A program made the translations under genes and the position numbers. From contig JAISUC010000011.1 in NCBI GenBank assembly GCA_031272275.1, forward strand, positions 2,290 through 66,289: a stretch of 64,000 bases of DNA. Reading direction: 5' to 3'. A model generated the notes under the pieces. It saw only the letters and a program-made list of their open reading frames with translations, did not search any database and had not been told where the DNA came from. This DNA is from Actinomycetes bacterium (GTDB lineage Bacteria > Actinomycetota > Coriobacteriia > WRKU01 > WQUG01). Shown here one piece after another: positions 19,805 to 31,300 of this stretch; position 1 is the first letter of the stretch, and each line of letters begins with the position of its first letter.

Positions 19805-20055
19805 CCCTCTTCTCGCTCGCACGTCTCAGTTACTTTCGTCACCCGGACACCTCTGTCGCCCGGGGATCGTGGGGTCTCCCTCAGCGCATATGTATGCAGT
19901 ATACTCCCCTTTTGGCGCGGGTACAAGTGACGCCATCGGCTATTCGATCGCCTGCGCTATCGCTTACGTGCCCAACCACACTATCGGTAACGCGGAATGT
20001 CTCGCGTAAGAATTCCGGCAACACCGGCACCAGAGACGCACTATGCAATTGTGTG

Positions 20056-20805
20056 CTATTGTTCCTTCAGGTGACCCAGGAAATCCTGTGTGCGTTCGTT
20101 TTGCGGATTGTCGAAAATGGCAGACGGCGTGCCCTCTTCCACGATGACCCCACCGTCCATAAAGACCACGCGGTCGGCGACATCACGCGCGAAACCCATC
20201 TCGTGGGTGACCACGATCATAGTCATTCCGGCGCGCGCCAGGTCGCGCATGACGTTCAAGACGTCGCGTACCAGTTCGGGGTCCAGCGCACTGGTGGCCT
20301 CGTCAAACAGCATGACGTGCGGTTCCATGGCCAGTGCACGGGCGATGGCAACGCGCTGCGCCTGTCCGCCGGACAGCTGGCTGGGATAATAATCGGCACG
20401 GTCGTCCATGCCGACGCGCTGCAGTTGTTCCATGGCGATACGCGCGCTGTCCTCTTTGTTGATCTTTTTCACTTTGCGCAACGCCAACTGCACGTTTTTG
20501 ATGGCGGTCAGATGCGGGAACAGGTTGAACTGCTGGAACACCATCCCCAGTGTCTCGCGCAGCTTATTGATATCGGTTCCTTTGGCATTGACCTGCGTGC
20601 CCTCGACCCAGATTTCGCCCGAAGTCGGGACCTCCAGCATATTGATACAACGAAGCATCGTCGATTTGCCGGAACCGGACGGCCCCAGCACACAGACGAC
20701 CTCTCCGCGGTCGACTTCCAGGTTGATGTCGCGCAGGACTTCGTTGTCACCAAAGACCTTGCGCAGATTCTTGATTTCGACGATGACGTTTCCGCTGTCA
20801 GCCAT
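20056..20805 (-). CDS. Polar amino-acid ABC transporter ATP-binding protein (GlnQ/ArtR family)
   Basis: [34 protein letters not shown]. Confidence 0.95.
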   Translation of the reverse strand: MADSGNVIVEIKNLRKVFGDNEVLRDINLEVDRGEVVCVLGPSGSGKSTMLRCINMLEVPTSGEIWVEGTQVNAKGTDINKLRETLGMVFQQFNLFPHLTAIKNVQLALRKVKKINKEDSARIAMEQLQRVGMDDRADYYPSQLSGGQAQRVAIARALAMEPHVMLFDEATSALDPELVRDVLNVMRDLARAGMTMIVVTHEMGFARDVADRVVFMDGGVIVEEGTPSAIFDNPQNERTQDFLGHLKEQ

Positions 20806-22106
20806 CAGTCGCGTCCTTCCGACACCGCAAGCTTGCGCTCAAAGGTGGTGATCACACGCGTCAGCGGCATCGTCACCAGCAGGTAATAACAGGCAGCCAC
20901 GATGTATGGCGTCATATTGCCGGTGTTTGCCACCAGCGATTTACCGAACATCATCATTTCCATGACACCCACGGCAGCAAGCAAAGCCGTGTCCTTGTAC
21001 AACAGGATGAACTCGCTGGTTGCAGTCGGTATGACCCGGCGTACCGTCTGCGGAATAATCACGAAAAACATCGTCTGCGTCGCCGTCATACCCAGCGAGC
21101 CTGCGGCCTCGAACTGTCCCTTGCTGATGCTTTGGATGCCGGCGCGGAAAATCTCGGTCAGATACGCGCTGCTGTTGACCGCCAGAACCAAGATACCCAG
21201 CAGATAATCAGGGATTTTGATACCCAGCGACGGCAGCCCGAAAAACGCCACATAAATCTGCAAAAACAGCGGCGTGCCGCGAATGATGTTCACGAATGCA
21301 CCCGACAACCATTGCAGCGGCTTGACCTTGGACATGCGCAGAAAACTGACGCCCAGTCCGATCGGTATCGCCAACGGGAACCCGACCAAGACCAAGCCCA
21401 AGGACCGCAGCCAACCGATCAGCAGCGTCGGGATGGCGGCAACCGCCATCTGGGGGTTCAGGAAAATGCGCAGGAACGACACCGAGTTCCAAGCCGAAAC
21501 CCATTCCTGGTGATTCAGCCAGTTGATGATGGTTTCAGTCGGGGTCAGCCCGATGACCGTCATCTTGGTCGGGGCAGCAGGTAAATCGTGAGAGGCACCC
21601 GCGCCGTCCGTATACGTGCCGGTCAGGGCATACTCCCCCGCCTTGGTGGGCAGAGAAAAGCTGAAGACCTCGATGCGCACCAACAGACCGTCTGAGCCCG
21701 CGGTCACGGTGTCGGGGAAAGTGATCGTCGCCGCCGTATCGGTCAGTGACACATCCTGTGCCGTTTCGACGCGCGTCAGCCCGTCCAGCACCGTGGCCTT
21801 GACCGACGAGCCCTCTTCGGCACGCGACCCGTCCGGGAAATCCAGCTGAATCGACGACAGCGACTCGCCGTCCGCCAGTTTGCCCTCCCAGGTCAGGCGC
21901 GTGGGCTGACCACCGATAATCGCGTTGCCGTTCGACTGATTGGCGCGAGCCGTCGCCTTTTCAGTCGTCAGCGCTCCTGCCGGTACCGCCGCCGACAGCA
22001 GCAGCACCAGCACGCACGCAAACAACGCCGCCACCGGAATTGCGCGCCTGCGCGGCCGGCTTATTCCGGTGACGACGTCGTGTCTCATCAGCACAAATTC
22101 AAACAC
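20805..22106 (-). CDS. Polar amino-acid ABC permease with N-terminal extracellular domain
   Basis: [27 protein letters not shown]; N-terminal signal peptide plus beta-rich domain; start may be 22088. Confidence 0.9.
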   Translation of the reverse strand: MFEFVLMRHDVVTGISRPRRRAIPVAALFACVLVLLLSAAVPAGALTTEKATARANQSNGNAIIGGQPTRLTWEGKLADGESLSSIQLDFPDGSRAEEGSSVKATVLDGLTRVETAQDVSLTDTAATITFPDTVTAGSDGLLVRIEVFSFSLPTKAGEYALTGTYTDGAGASHDLPAAPTKMTVIGLTPTETIINWLNHQEWVSAWNSVSFLRIFLNPQMAVAAIPTLLIGWLRSLGLVLVGFPLAIPIGLGVSFLRMSKVKPLQWLSGAFVNIIRGTPLFLQIYVAFFGLPSLGIKIPDYLLGILVLAVNSSAYLTEIFRAGIQSISKGQFEAAGSLGMTATQTMFFVIIPQTVRRVIPTATSEFILLYKDTALLAAVGVMEMMMFGKSLVANTGNMTPYIVAACYYLLVTMPLTRVITTFERKLAVSEGRD

Positions 22107-22111
22107 TCAGG

Positions 22112-22957
22112 TTAGAGGGTCGGCTCAAAGTCGAAGTACTTGGCAAAGATCTCTTTGTACTTCCCGTTGTCCTTCACGGTCTGCAGCGCCTGGTTCACGG
22201 CATCGCGCAGGCCGGTGTTGTTCTTGGACACGGCGAATCCGTACTGCTCGCCGGTCGGGATGGCCTCGATGATGGCGGCGTCGGTGTAGGTCGTGGCGAC
22301 CTGCTCGGCGGCAACCGGCTCGTCAAAGAACGCGGCCTCGATTTTGCCTGCCTGCAGAGCTGCCAGCGCCTCGCTGGTCTGGGTGTATTCGACCAGTTCC
22401 GCGTTCGGCAGGTTCTCCTTGACCCAGTCGGCACCGGTGGTACCGGACTGAGCGCCGACCTTTTTGCCGTCCAGATCGGCGGCCTTGGTGTAACCGGCGT
22501 CCTTCATCGCGACGCAGGCCTGGTTGCTGTCAAAATACGGGTCGCAGAAATCGACCAGTTCCTGACGCTCGGGGGTGATGGTAAACGACGACACGCCGAT
22601 GTCCATCTTGGTCCCCTGGTCGACCGACGCCAAAATCGAATCGAAGTTCTGGGGCGACAGATACTTGATCGTCAGTCCCATTTCCTCGCCGATGGCGGTC
22701 ATCAGGTCGAACTCGAAGCCGGCGGGCTGCTCGCCATCCAGCTGGATGAACGGAGGATAGTCGCAGTCGGACCCGATGGTCAACACGCCGGCCTCAATGG
22801 TCGTGTAGGTCGGGGTCGTGGCTTCCACTTCCTCGTTCGTCGTGGTGTTGGCCTCGGTCGCCTCATCCTCGACCGTCTTGGCCGAACAACCTGCCCAAAT
22901 CCCGGCGGCTACAACCATCAGTACCGCCAGCCCGATCAAAAGCAATTTCTTCTTCAT
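22112..22957 (-). CDS. Polar amino-acid ABC substrate-binding lipoprotein (SBP family 3)
   Basis: Lipobox WAGC; DYPPF, TITPERQ, VGAQSGTTG. Confidence 0.93.
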   Translation of the reverse strand: MKKKLLLIGLAVLMVVAAGIWAGCSAKTVEDEATEANTTTNEEVEATTPTYTTIEAGVLTIGSDCDYPPFIQLDGEQPAGFEFDLMTAIGEEMGLTIKYLSPQNFDSILASVDQGTKMDIGVSSFTITPERQELVDFCDPYFDSNQACVAMKDAGYTKAADLDGKKVGAQSGTTGADWVKENLPNAELVEYTQTSEALAALQAGKIEAAFFDEPVAAEQVATTYTDAAIIEAIPTGEQYGFAVSKNNTGLRDAVNQALQTVKDNGKYKEIFAKYFDFEPTL

Positions 22958-23180
22958 GAGCCTTCCCTTCTTTCTGTCTCCGCGTTCATATTCGGATACT
23001 GAAATCCCGCTTTAGCTGACTATACCATAAATCGGGAATGCGTCGATTGTACAGCTGTTACGTCCTTTCTGCAAGGTATTGGGCGTTTATTCAGAAATAG
23101 TGCACGACTGTCATACTTTATGCAAATTGGAGGAGTTGGAAGCGCTTTCTGTTATTCGTGAATGGAACGATTCTCGTAAT

Positions 23181-24509
23181 TTACACGTAACAGAACAGCT
23201 GCCGTATGGCGGCGTGGACGGTGGCGGTGCGGATAGCTTCGCGACCGCCATCGAAGCGATACTCCCGCGCATCCGTGCCGTCGGGCGTGGCGTGCGCAAT
23301 CCAAACCGTGCCCACCGGGGCTTCGTCCGCATCAGTCGCGGGACCGGCAACGCCGCTCACGGCGATCGCGCAATCGGCTGCATACAGCGCCTGTGCACCC
23401 GCGGCCATCTGCGCGACGCAGGCACGCGACACCACACCGTGCCGGGCGATGGTATCGGCGTCAACGCCCAACACACGCGTCTTTTCCGCCGTCTGATAGG
23501 TGACGGCCGAGCCCGCAAACCACGCCGAGGAACCGGCCACCGACGTGCAGGCAGCCCCCAGCATGCCGCCGGTCAGCGACTCGGCACAGGCAAGGGTCCA
23601 CCCCCGTGCGGTAAGCGCGGCTGCGAGGGCCTCGATGTCGCGCGTAAGGTCAAGGTCAAGAGCTGGATTGCCACGCCCGCCTACGGCGGGCTCGCAATGA
23701 CGGTGGGGGGTGGCTACGGCGGGCTCGCAATGACGGTGGGGGGTGGCTTCGGCGGGCTCGCAATGACGGTGGGGGGTGGCTTCGGCGGGCTCGCAATGAC
23801 GGTGGGGGGTGTCGTCTGCGGGTGGGTGGGTGTGGCAGCAGGGGGTTTGCGCATCCGGCGGTGCCGACCAGGGTCCACGCAGGACCGCACGGGCGTGCCG
23901 AAAATAATCCACCATCGACACCACGGTCAATACCACCGCCACCGCCATCAAGGTCCAGGCAAACACATTCAGCACCACCGCAGGCCAGGTCGCGTGAATC
24001 CCCAGGACGGTCGTGTACCCCTTGACGATGAACGCCACGATCGCAATGTCCTGAAAGGTTGTTTTCAGCTTGCCCCAGATGCTCGCGGCGATAACCACGC
24101 CCTCGGCAGACGCAATCATACGCAGCCCGCTGATCACAAACTCGCGCGCGATGATAATCAGTGCAATCCATCCCGGTAAGGTGCCTGTCTGCACCAGCGC
24201 AATCAGCGCGGCGGTAACCAACAGTTTATCCGCCAAAGGATCGATGAACTTGCCGAATGTCGAGACCTCGTCGCGCCTGCGCGCCAAGTATCCGTCCACG
24301 GCGTCGGTTGCGCTGATCAGAATGAACACGACGGCTGCCACCCAGGGACGCAGCTCGAACAATATGGTCGACTGGCGAAACATCAGCGGCCAGTTCGACA
24401 GCAATACGACCAAAAACACCGGGATCAGCAATATCCGCAGCAAGGTGACGGAGTTTGCCACCCCGACCCGTTCGATGGAACGCGGTATTCTGCTTTCCGT
24501 CTGACTCAC
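23181..24509 (-). CDS. pgsA: PgsA phosphatidylglycerophosphate synthase fused to a CinA C-terminal (PncC-like) domain
   Basis: CDP-alcohol phosphotransferase motif TDAVDGYLARR..GKFIDPLADK; C-terminal AESLTGG, GSSAWF, HGVVS, SGVAGP, PVGTVWI. Confidence 0.9.
   Translation of the reverse strand: MSQTESRIPRSIERVGVANSVTLLRILLIPVFLVVLLSNWPLMFRQSTILFELRPWVAAVVFILISATDAVDGYLARRRDEVSTFGKFIDPLADKLLVTAALIALVQTGTLPGWIALIIIAREFVISGLRMIASAEGVVIAASIWGKLKTTFQDIAIVAFIVKGYTTVLGIHATWPAVVLNVFAWTLMAVAVVLTVVSMVDYFRHARAVLRGPWSAPPDAQTPCCHTHPPADDTPHRHCEPAEATPHRHCEPAEATPHRHCEPAVATPHRHCEPAVGGRGNPALDLDLTRDIEALAAALTARGWTLACAESLTGGMLGAACTSVAGSSAWFAGSAVTYQTAEKTRVLGVDADTIARHGVVSRACVAQMAAGAQALYAADCAIAVSGVAGPATDADEAPVGTVWIAHATPDGTDAREYRFDGGREAIRTATVHAAIRQLFCYV
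23664..23811 (-). repeat. CGTC-tagged REP-like element with 4 x 33-bp tandem amplification inside the pgsA-cinA linker
   Basis: CT(A/T)CGGCGGGCTCGCAATGACGGTGGGGGGTG(G/T) at 23681, 23714, 23747, 23780. Confidence 0.92.
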
Positions 24510-25867
24510 AATGCCTCTCCGAATGCGTCGTACAGGATGGTATCGATTATACGCACATCCACGGTCTGTCCGACCACATAATCTGACGGATCGCCCTGCA
24601 GACGCACGATTCCGTCAATTTCAGGCGCAGCATGGGGAGTGCGTCCCAAAGCACAGCCCTCTTCGGCGTCATATCCTTCAATCAGAACCGATACTGTGTC
24701 GCCAATGCTTTGTGCCGCACGTTCCCAGCCCAGCCGGTCGGCCGCGTCGCGCAGCTGCTGTGCACGACTGTTACGCAGTTCATCGGACAACTGCCCGGGC
24801 AGGGTTGCCGCAACGGTGCCGTCCTCGGGCGAATAGGCGAACACACCGACATAATCAAAGTCCACACGGCGCACCCAGTCGAGCAGCGCCGCGAATTCGT
24901 CTGCGGTCTCTGAGGGAAAACCGGCAATCAGCGTCGTGCGCACCACCAGCCCGGGCACGCATTCCCGAGCGTGCGCAATCAGGCGCGCGTATTCATCCCC
25001 GTCACCAACACGGTGCATCAGGCGCAGGATGCGCCGCTCACTGTGTTGCAGGGGGATATCCAGATAGGGAACCACATGCTGTAGCCCTGCCATACAATCC
25101 AGCAATCGGTCGGTCAGACCCTCGGGCTGCAGGTACATAATACGCAGGCGCTGCACCCCGGGAATGCCGTCCAAGCGCCGCAGCAGATCCGGCAGCGTGG
25201 CATCCGGCGTTCCCGCAGGCAGGTCGCACCCGTAGCGCCCGGTATCCTGGGCAATCAGGATGAACTCGCGCACGCCCCGTTCGGCCAAAGCGCCGACCTC
25301 GGACACGATATCGTCAGCCGGGCGCGAGCGATAGGGTCCGCGTATCCCGGGAATCGTGCAATACGAACAGCTGCGGTCGCAGCCGTCTGCGATTTTCACA
25401 TAGGTGTAAGGGGCGTCAACCGTGCGCGTAGTCCCCTCACAGGCAGCTTCAGGTATTGCAGCGGGCGAAACAGCCGGCTGTCCTCCCTCGTCCAGTTCCG
25501 CCACGACCGAAACGATGGATGCCTCGTCGGCAATGGGGACAAAGGCTGCAACCTCGGGGATTTCGGCTGCCAAATCATCCCCATAGCGGTTGACCATGCA
25601 GCCGGTGACCACGACCTGACGCAGGCGGGTGGAGCGTTCATCCTCTCCCGTGTGCCCTGCAGTGTTTTCCGAATCCAGCAGGTCCAGGATGGTTTCGATG
25701 GACGTTTCGGTGGCGGTCCGGATGAAAGCGCAGGTGTTCACGACGACCAGGTCGGCGGCGTCGGTGTCGTCGGTCACGGTGTGTCCGGCGCTGACCAGGG
25801 CTGCGCGCATGGTATCGGTGTCGACTTCGTTTTTCGGGCAGCCGATGGTGGTAAATGCGATGTTCAC
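24506..25867 (-). CDS. rimO: Ribosomal protein S12 methylthiotransferase RimO
   Basis: GCPKNEVD, NTCAFI, radical-SAM CDRSCSYC, APEIDG, C-terminal TRAM. Confidence 0.95.
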   Translation of the reverse strand: MNIAFTTIGCPKNEVDTDTMRAALVSAGHTVTDDTDAADLVVVNTCAFIRTATETSIETILDLLDSENTAGHTGEDERSTRLRQVVVTGCMVNRYGDDLAAEIPEVAAFVPIADEASIVSVVAELDEGGQPAVSPAAIPEAACEGTTRTVDAPYTYVKIADGCDRSCSYCTIPGIRGPYRSRPADDIVSEVGALAERGVREFILIAQDTGRYGCDLPAGTPDATLPDLLRRLDGIPGVQRLRIMYLQPEGLTDRLLDCMAGLQHVVPYLDIPLQHSERRILRLMHRVGDGDEYARLIAHARECVPGLVVRTTLIAGFPSETADEFAALLDWVRRVDFDYVGVFAYSPEDGTVAATLPGQLSDELRNSRAQQLRDAADRLGWERAAQSIGDTVSVLIEGYDAEEGCALGRTPHAAPEIDGIVRLQGDPSDYVVGQTVDVRIIDTILYDAFGEAL

Positions 25868-25898
25868 GGGCGTATTTGACGTGGGCGACGTGGCCGCA

Positions 25899-26399
25899 TC
25901 AGCGGTAATTCACGTACTGCAGCGGAATGTCGTAGTCGGCGTCTTTCAGATAGGCGATGACTTTCTGCAGCTCATCGCGGCTGGGGCTGAAGACGCGGAT
26001 TTTGTCGCCCTCGATCTGGGTTTTCAGTTTGTTGAATTTCTGCGCTTTGATATCTTTGTTGATTTTCTTGATCAGGTCCTCGTCGATGCCGGCAATCACG
26101 CTGCCGGTATAGCGGACCGTGCCGCCGGTGGCAGCCACCGGTGCCGACCAACGGATGGCCTTCAGGTCGATGTTTCGCCGGACCAGTTTGCTGTTCAGGA
26201 TGTCTTTTACCTGACCTGCGACGAAGTCACTGGGGGCGCGAAGCGTGAACTCGTGCTTGCCCTTGTCGAATTCCAGTGTGGCGCCGCTGCCCTTCAGGTC
26301 GTAGCGCTGGACCAGCTCCTTAGTGGTCTGGGTGTAGGCGTTGTCGACCTCTTGGTAGTCGACTTCGGATACGATATCGAAACTTGCGTCTTTGGCCAT
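25899..26399 (-). CDS. yajQ: YajQ-family nucleotide-binding protein
   Basis: SFDIVSEVDYQEVDNA, RYDLKG, QIEGDKIRV, LQYVNYR. Confidence 0.95.
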   Translation of the reverse strand: MAKDASFDIVSEVDYQEVDNAYTQTTKELVQRYDLKGSGATLEFDKGKHEFTLRAPSDFVAGQVKDILNSKLVRRNIDLKAIRWSAPVAATGGTVRYTGSVIAGIDEDLIKKINKDIKAQKFNKLKTQIEGDKIRVFSPSRDELQKVIAYLKDADYDIPLQYVNYR

Positions 26400-26501
26400 G
26401 GTTGTTTCTCCCCTTCGTCCGTCTGCGATGTTATCCGTCTGCGTTTTCAGTGTTGTCATTATAACTAATGACCGTACGTGTTAAGCACAGCCGGCGAGTC
26501 A

Positions 26502-28127
26502 TTAGGGGGTTGTGAGCCAGGAAAAGTCAAACGTGGACTTTTGTGAGAGCTTGTTGCCGTTCTTGTCATAGATGGCGTTCAGGTCGATGCGCCCGCCAAT
26601 GCCGGCTAGTGAGCCCTCGCTGGTGTATTGCCACAGATCGGTCGGATAGGTCGGCAACGCCGAGCCCTGGAGCGACCCGTCGTTGGTCCCGTAACGCGGA
26701 ATCCAGACGAAGTCGGGTGTTTTGGGATTGGTGACATCGGTCGTCAAGTTCAGATTGAGCTTGCTGTACAGGTGGTGTGCCACATAGATGCCGACTTTCA
26801 CGCGCGCACGCGGGTTTGCGGTATCACTGGCGGCGAGGCTCCGCAGCGTCGAGATAAAGGCTTCGGTGTTGGCACGGGTTATGTAGTCGACCTCGCAGTC
26901 GACCACGAAAAAGACCGGCTTGCGCCCGCCCTGGGTGGCGCGGCTGTAAAAGAGCTTCGCCTCTGCCTGAGCCTCGGCCTTGGTCTCGTAACGTGCGAAA
27001 TCGTAAACGCCGTAAGGGACTTCATATTGCACGCAGGCTTTGGAGTATTCCAGGTAGCGACTGTCGATGGCGTTCGGCTTTGACGCGGTGCCGCCGATGT
27101 CCTGTACGCGCAGAATAGCCAGATCAATCAGGGGACCGGCTTTGGTCCAGTCGATGCTCCCCTGCCATTTCGACAGATCGACGATAACCGGGTTTCGGGT
27201 GACAACAACCGAGACCTTGGTCGACAAGCCGGCGGCAGGTCCTTTGTTGGCCTTGATGGTGATGGTTGCCTTGCCCCTACGCAGAGCCATAACCGTGACG
27301 CTGCCGTTGCTGTTCATTTTGACGGTGCAGATGGTGGTGTCGCTGCTGACTGCGGTCCGTTTCGGGGCAGGTGTCGAGGGATAGACGTTCGATTTTAGGG
27401 TGAAGGACTTACCCGGGGTCATCGTCAGGTCCTTTTGCGCGGTGATTCCGATGACGGTGATGGTTTTGGTGGCTTTCTTACCGCTGGAGGCGCGGGCGGT
27501 GATGGTGGCCTTGCCGGCGGATTTCGCCGTGACGAATCCCGCCTGGTTAACCGTGGCGACCGAGGTGTTGCTGCTGGTCCATTTCAGCGTGTTGGTGGTC
27601 GACTGAGCGCCGGGCTTGACCGTGAGTGTCGGTCGTTTGACGGTGCCGCGCTTCAGCGTGTAGCTGCCGCTGAAGCTGAGCTTGGTGATGGATTTGGTCT
27701 TGCTGACGACTTTGACTTTGATGCTGTCCTTGTGTCCTTGCCGTGTACGGGCCGTGATGGTGGCGGTGCCGGTCTTTTTGGCGGTGATTTTACCGGTCTT
27801 GCTGACACTGACGACCGAGGACTTGCTGCTTTTCCAGCTTGTGACTTTGTCCCCGGACGGCAGAAAACGGGCTGCCAACTGACGTTTGCCGCCTTTTTTT
27901 ATGCTCATCAGCGTGTGCGAGGGAGAAGTCCCCGTGATACGGAAGGCTGCGGCATGAGCGAGGGCGGGAGCGACCCACAAGACCGCCATCGCCCATGCCA
28001 GCACCAGTACGCGTACGTACCGCCCGTATATGTGTGCGTTCCTCTGTGTCCTCAGCTGTGTCGTCCGTGGCAGTGATTCTGCTGATTCCACTGATTCTGT
28101 TTTGAGTGCGCCTGTATGCATGATCAT
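26502..28127 (-). CDS. Secreted GH25 muramidase with Lys-rich Big_2 Ig-like domains
   Basis: Signal peptide, WxSSxxSV(A/V)xV repeats, DLSKWQG, VDCE catalytic motif, LWQYTS..G.IDLN; start uncertain (TGgCACACT-N6-ATG suggests leaderless start at 28127). Confidence 0.85.
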   Translation of the reverse strand: MIMHTGALKTESVESAESLPRTTQLRTQRNAHIYGRYVRVLVLAWAMAVLWVAPALAHAAAFRITGTSPSHTLMSIKKGGKRQLAARFLPSGDKVTSWKSSKSSVVSVSKTGKITAKKTGTATITARTRQGHKDSIKVKVVSKTKSITKLSFSGSYTLKRGTVKRPTLTVKPGAQSTTNTLKWTSSNTSVATVNQAGFVTAKSAGKATITARASSGKKATKTITVIGITAQKDLTMTPGKSFTLKSNVYPSTPAPKRTAVSSDTTICTVKMNSNGSVTVMALRRGKATITIKANKGPAAGLSTKVSVVVTRNPVIVDLSKWQGSIDWTKAGPLIDLAILRVQDIGGTASKPNAIDSRYLEYSKACVQYEVPYGVYDFARYETKAEAQAEAKLFYSRATQGGRKPVFFVVDCEVDYITRANTEAFISTLRSLAASDTANPRARVKVGIYVAHHLYSKLNLNLTTDVTNPKTPDFVWIPRYGTNDGSLQGSALPTYPTDLWQYTSEGSLAGIGGRIDLNAIYDKNGNKLSQKSTFDFSWLTTP

Positions 28128-28224
28128 GCATACAGTGTGCCATGCTGCTTTATCCGGTTTCCATTTGGTCACGAATGTTTCATCATTCCCACACAAATCG
28201 TGTTCTGTGCGCGGTGGGCTGATG

Positions 28225-28319
28225 CCCCGTGCTGACGCACGGGGGCTGTTATCCGGGGGGTGGGCAAATGCCCACCCCCCGGTGGATTGCCGCGCGATGC
28301 GTTGCATCGCCCGCAATGA
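28225..28319 (-). repeat. Three-hairpin CGTC-type element, copy 2
   Basis: CCCCGTGC..GCACGGGG, CCGGGGGGTGGGCA..TGCCCACCCCCCGG, GGATTGCCGCGCGATGC..GCATCGCCCGCAATGA. Confidence 0.75.
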
Positions 28320-28361
28320 GGGGATGAATATCACACGCTCATCACGTCATTGCCCTTACGT

Positions 28362-31300
28362 TTATGCCTCCTTTCGGGTGCGGCGGTGCAGGGCAAAGCT
28401 CGCGACTGCTGCCGCCAGCAGTACCATGACCACGATCCAGCTCCAAGCGACTTCGCCGGTGCTCCCGGGTCGTACGGGCGTGGGTGCCGGTGCCGGCTTG
28501 GCAACCGCAGGTTTCTTGTACGCATAGACCGGCGGTTTCGCTGCCGTGGCACTGCCGATACGCGGGTTGTGTATCGTGTAGGAGCCGACGACGTTGCCGT
28601 CCGCATCCCTCAGCGTCACGGTGTAGTCGCCTGCGGGCAGGTGGTCAAAGCGATAGTTGTTCCCGTCACTGTCGACACTGCCGGTCGTCGTCACCGGACC
28701 GACCAGTTTGCCGTCCAAGTCATAGACCGGGTTTCCGTTCGGGTCGGTGATGGTCACGATGATGCCTGCCTTGGGCCCTTCGCCCGGATCCTGTTTGCCG
28801 TTGCCGTTCTTATCGTCAAACACCAGACCACCGACGTCATAGCTGGGTACCAAACCGATGTCGATATGCGCCGTGTCGGTCGTGATGACCCCGGCTGCGG
28901 CGGCCGCCTGGGTCAGGTCGCCACGAGCGTTGCGGGTGCCGGTGCCGTCGCTGTCATAACGGTCATCACCGACATCCTTTTTCGCAACCTCATAGTCTGC
29001 CAGCTTGGTGCCGCTGCCGTCGGTGAACACCAAGCGATAGTCGCCCTGGGGAACATTCACAAAGTGATAGTTACCGTCGGCGGTCACCTGCGTGGTCGTG
29101 ACGTACGGCGGATACAGATTGCCTTCGCTGTCGCGCGCCGGCACGTATTGCCCGGTCGTCGGATCCTTGACGTACAGGTTCACGTTCACGCCGGCAATCG
29201 GCGGCTCGCCCGCGTCACGCACACCGTCGTTATCGGTGTCCTGCCAGACCAGACCGTCAATCGTGTAGGTCTTGACCAGGCCGAAGTCGGTGTGCCGTGC
29301 GCTTCCGTCGCTGTCATAGTTCGCGTTACCGACGACTGCATCGGCTCGGTCGGTCCCGCCGCCCGAATAGGTTCCCCGTGCATCGTTGTCGATGGTCGTG
29401 TTGCCGCCGACCTGATGGCGCGTCACGCTGTAGTCGCTCAGCACGTTTCCTGCCGCATCCAGCAGCGTCACGGTGTAGCTACCCGGTGGCAGCTCTTCAA
29501 AGTAATACGTGTAACCATCCGTCGCATACAGGCTGTTGTCGACGATGCAGGTCGCCACCACAGATCCGTCGATGTGCCGCGCCCGGGTGCCGTCCGGCAG
29601 GTAGACCACGACCTGCAGCCCGTCACCGATCAGCACCTCGCTGCCGTCGCGCACACCGTTATTGTTGCGGTCATCCCAAACCAGACCGCTGATCTCGTAG
29701 TTCTTGGTCAGACCCATGTTGTTGCCGACGCTGACACCGTCACTGGTGACCGTGGACGGACCGACGATGATGCCGCCGATGTTGCCCTGTTTACCGCCAC
29801 CCGGCGTCGCCGTCTGGGTTGCATCACTATCCAACAGCGGGTCTGCGCCCTGTCCGGTTTGTGTGACCGACATATCACCCAGGGTGTCACCGGACGGGTC
29901 GGTAAAGACCACCCGGTACTGACCTTCGGGCAGGTCGGTGAACACATAGTTTCCGCCGCCCAAATCGACATCGGTGGTCACCACGGACAGCACCGGATCC
30001 CCGCCGGTATGCGTCGCCGGCACCCAGCCGCCGCCGCCCCCGTTAGCCGTCGGATCCCAGACCTCCAGATCCACGGTCGTGCCGGGTAGCAAGGGCTCGG
30101 TCAGGTCGCGGATGCCGTCATTGTCCTCATCATCCCAGACGATACCGCCCAGGTCGTAGCAGGGCGTCAAACCGACATCGTTTCCGCCGGACACATTGTC
30201 GGTGGTCGTCGTGGACGGATCCAGCACAATACCGCTGATAACGGCCTGTTTGGCGCCGTTGACCACGGTCTGGGTCGCGTCGCTATCCAACCTGTCGTCG
30301 CCACCTTGATCGGCACGGGTGACACTCCAGCCGCCCTCGGCACCGCCGGCCGGGTCGGTGAACACGACTTGGTAGGTGCCTTCCGGCAAGTTCACGAAGT
30401 GATAGGTGTAGCCGGCCGACGCCGTATCGGTGGTGACGACCTGGGGCGGCACCTGTGCGCCGGATATGTCGGTCGCCGGGACGTACCCGCCCGCGCCGCC
30501 GTTCGCATCAGCGTCCCACACATACAGCGTGACGGTCGAGCCCGGCATCAGGTCTTCGCCCGGATCGCGCACACCGTCGTTGTCGGCGTCGTTCCAAACC
30601 AGCCCGTTCAGGTCGTAGGCCTGCACCAGACCGAAATCGATGTGGCGTGCGCTGCCGTTGGCATCATAGTCGGCCGCCCCCACCGCAGCGTCTGCCCGCT
30701 CGGTCACGTTGTCGGTGTAGATGCCCACCGCGTCATTGTCGACCACGGTGTTGGTCCCCACCCGCCTCTGCGTGACCCCATAGGTACCGAACACGGTGCC
30801 GGTCGGGTCGTACAGGATGATGACGTATTCGCCGTCGGGCAGCTCTTCGAAATGCCAAGTGTAATCATTGGCGACGTAGCCCGCGTTGTTGATGGACTCG
30901 GTCGCCACCACAGATCCGTCGATGTGACGCGCCCGCGTGGTCCCGTCCGCCTGATAGATCACCACGACACAGCCGGTACCGATCAGGCTTTCGCCGATGT
31001 CGCGGATGCCGTTGTTGTCGCTGTCCTCCCAAACCAGGCCGCTCATCTCGTAGTTTTTGGTCAGACCCATGTTGTTGCCGGTCGACGCCCCGCCGGTCGC
31101 CACGGTGGACGGACCGACGATGATGCCGCCGATGTTGCCTTGCTTGCCTGTGCCCGGCAGCGCGGTTTGCGTCGCGTCGCTGTCCAGCAGCTCGTCGGTG
31201 CCCTGGTTGGCGCGCGTCACCGACATGTCACCCAGCGTGGCCTCGCTGGGATCGGTGAACACCACGCGGTATTCGCCCTGGGGCAGATCTTCAAACAGGT

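Noticed and set aside
23681-23811. 33-bp array as CRISPR
   Set aside because: Head-to-tail tandem with no unique spacers; in frame within a CDS
28128-28334. N-terminal extension of the GH25 ORF (and similarly 48036-48305 for the S8 ORF)
   Set aside because: These translate intergenic repeat elements; better starts lie downstream
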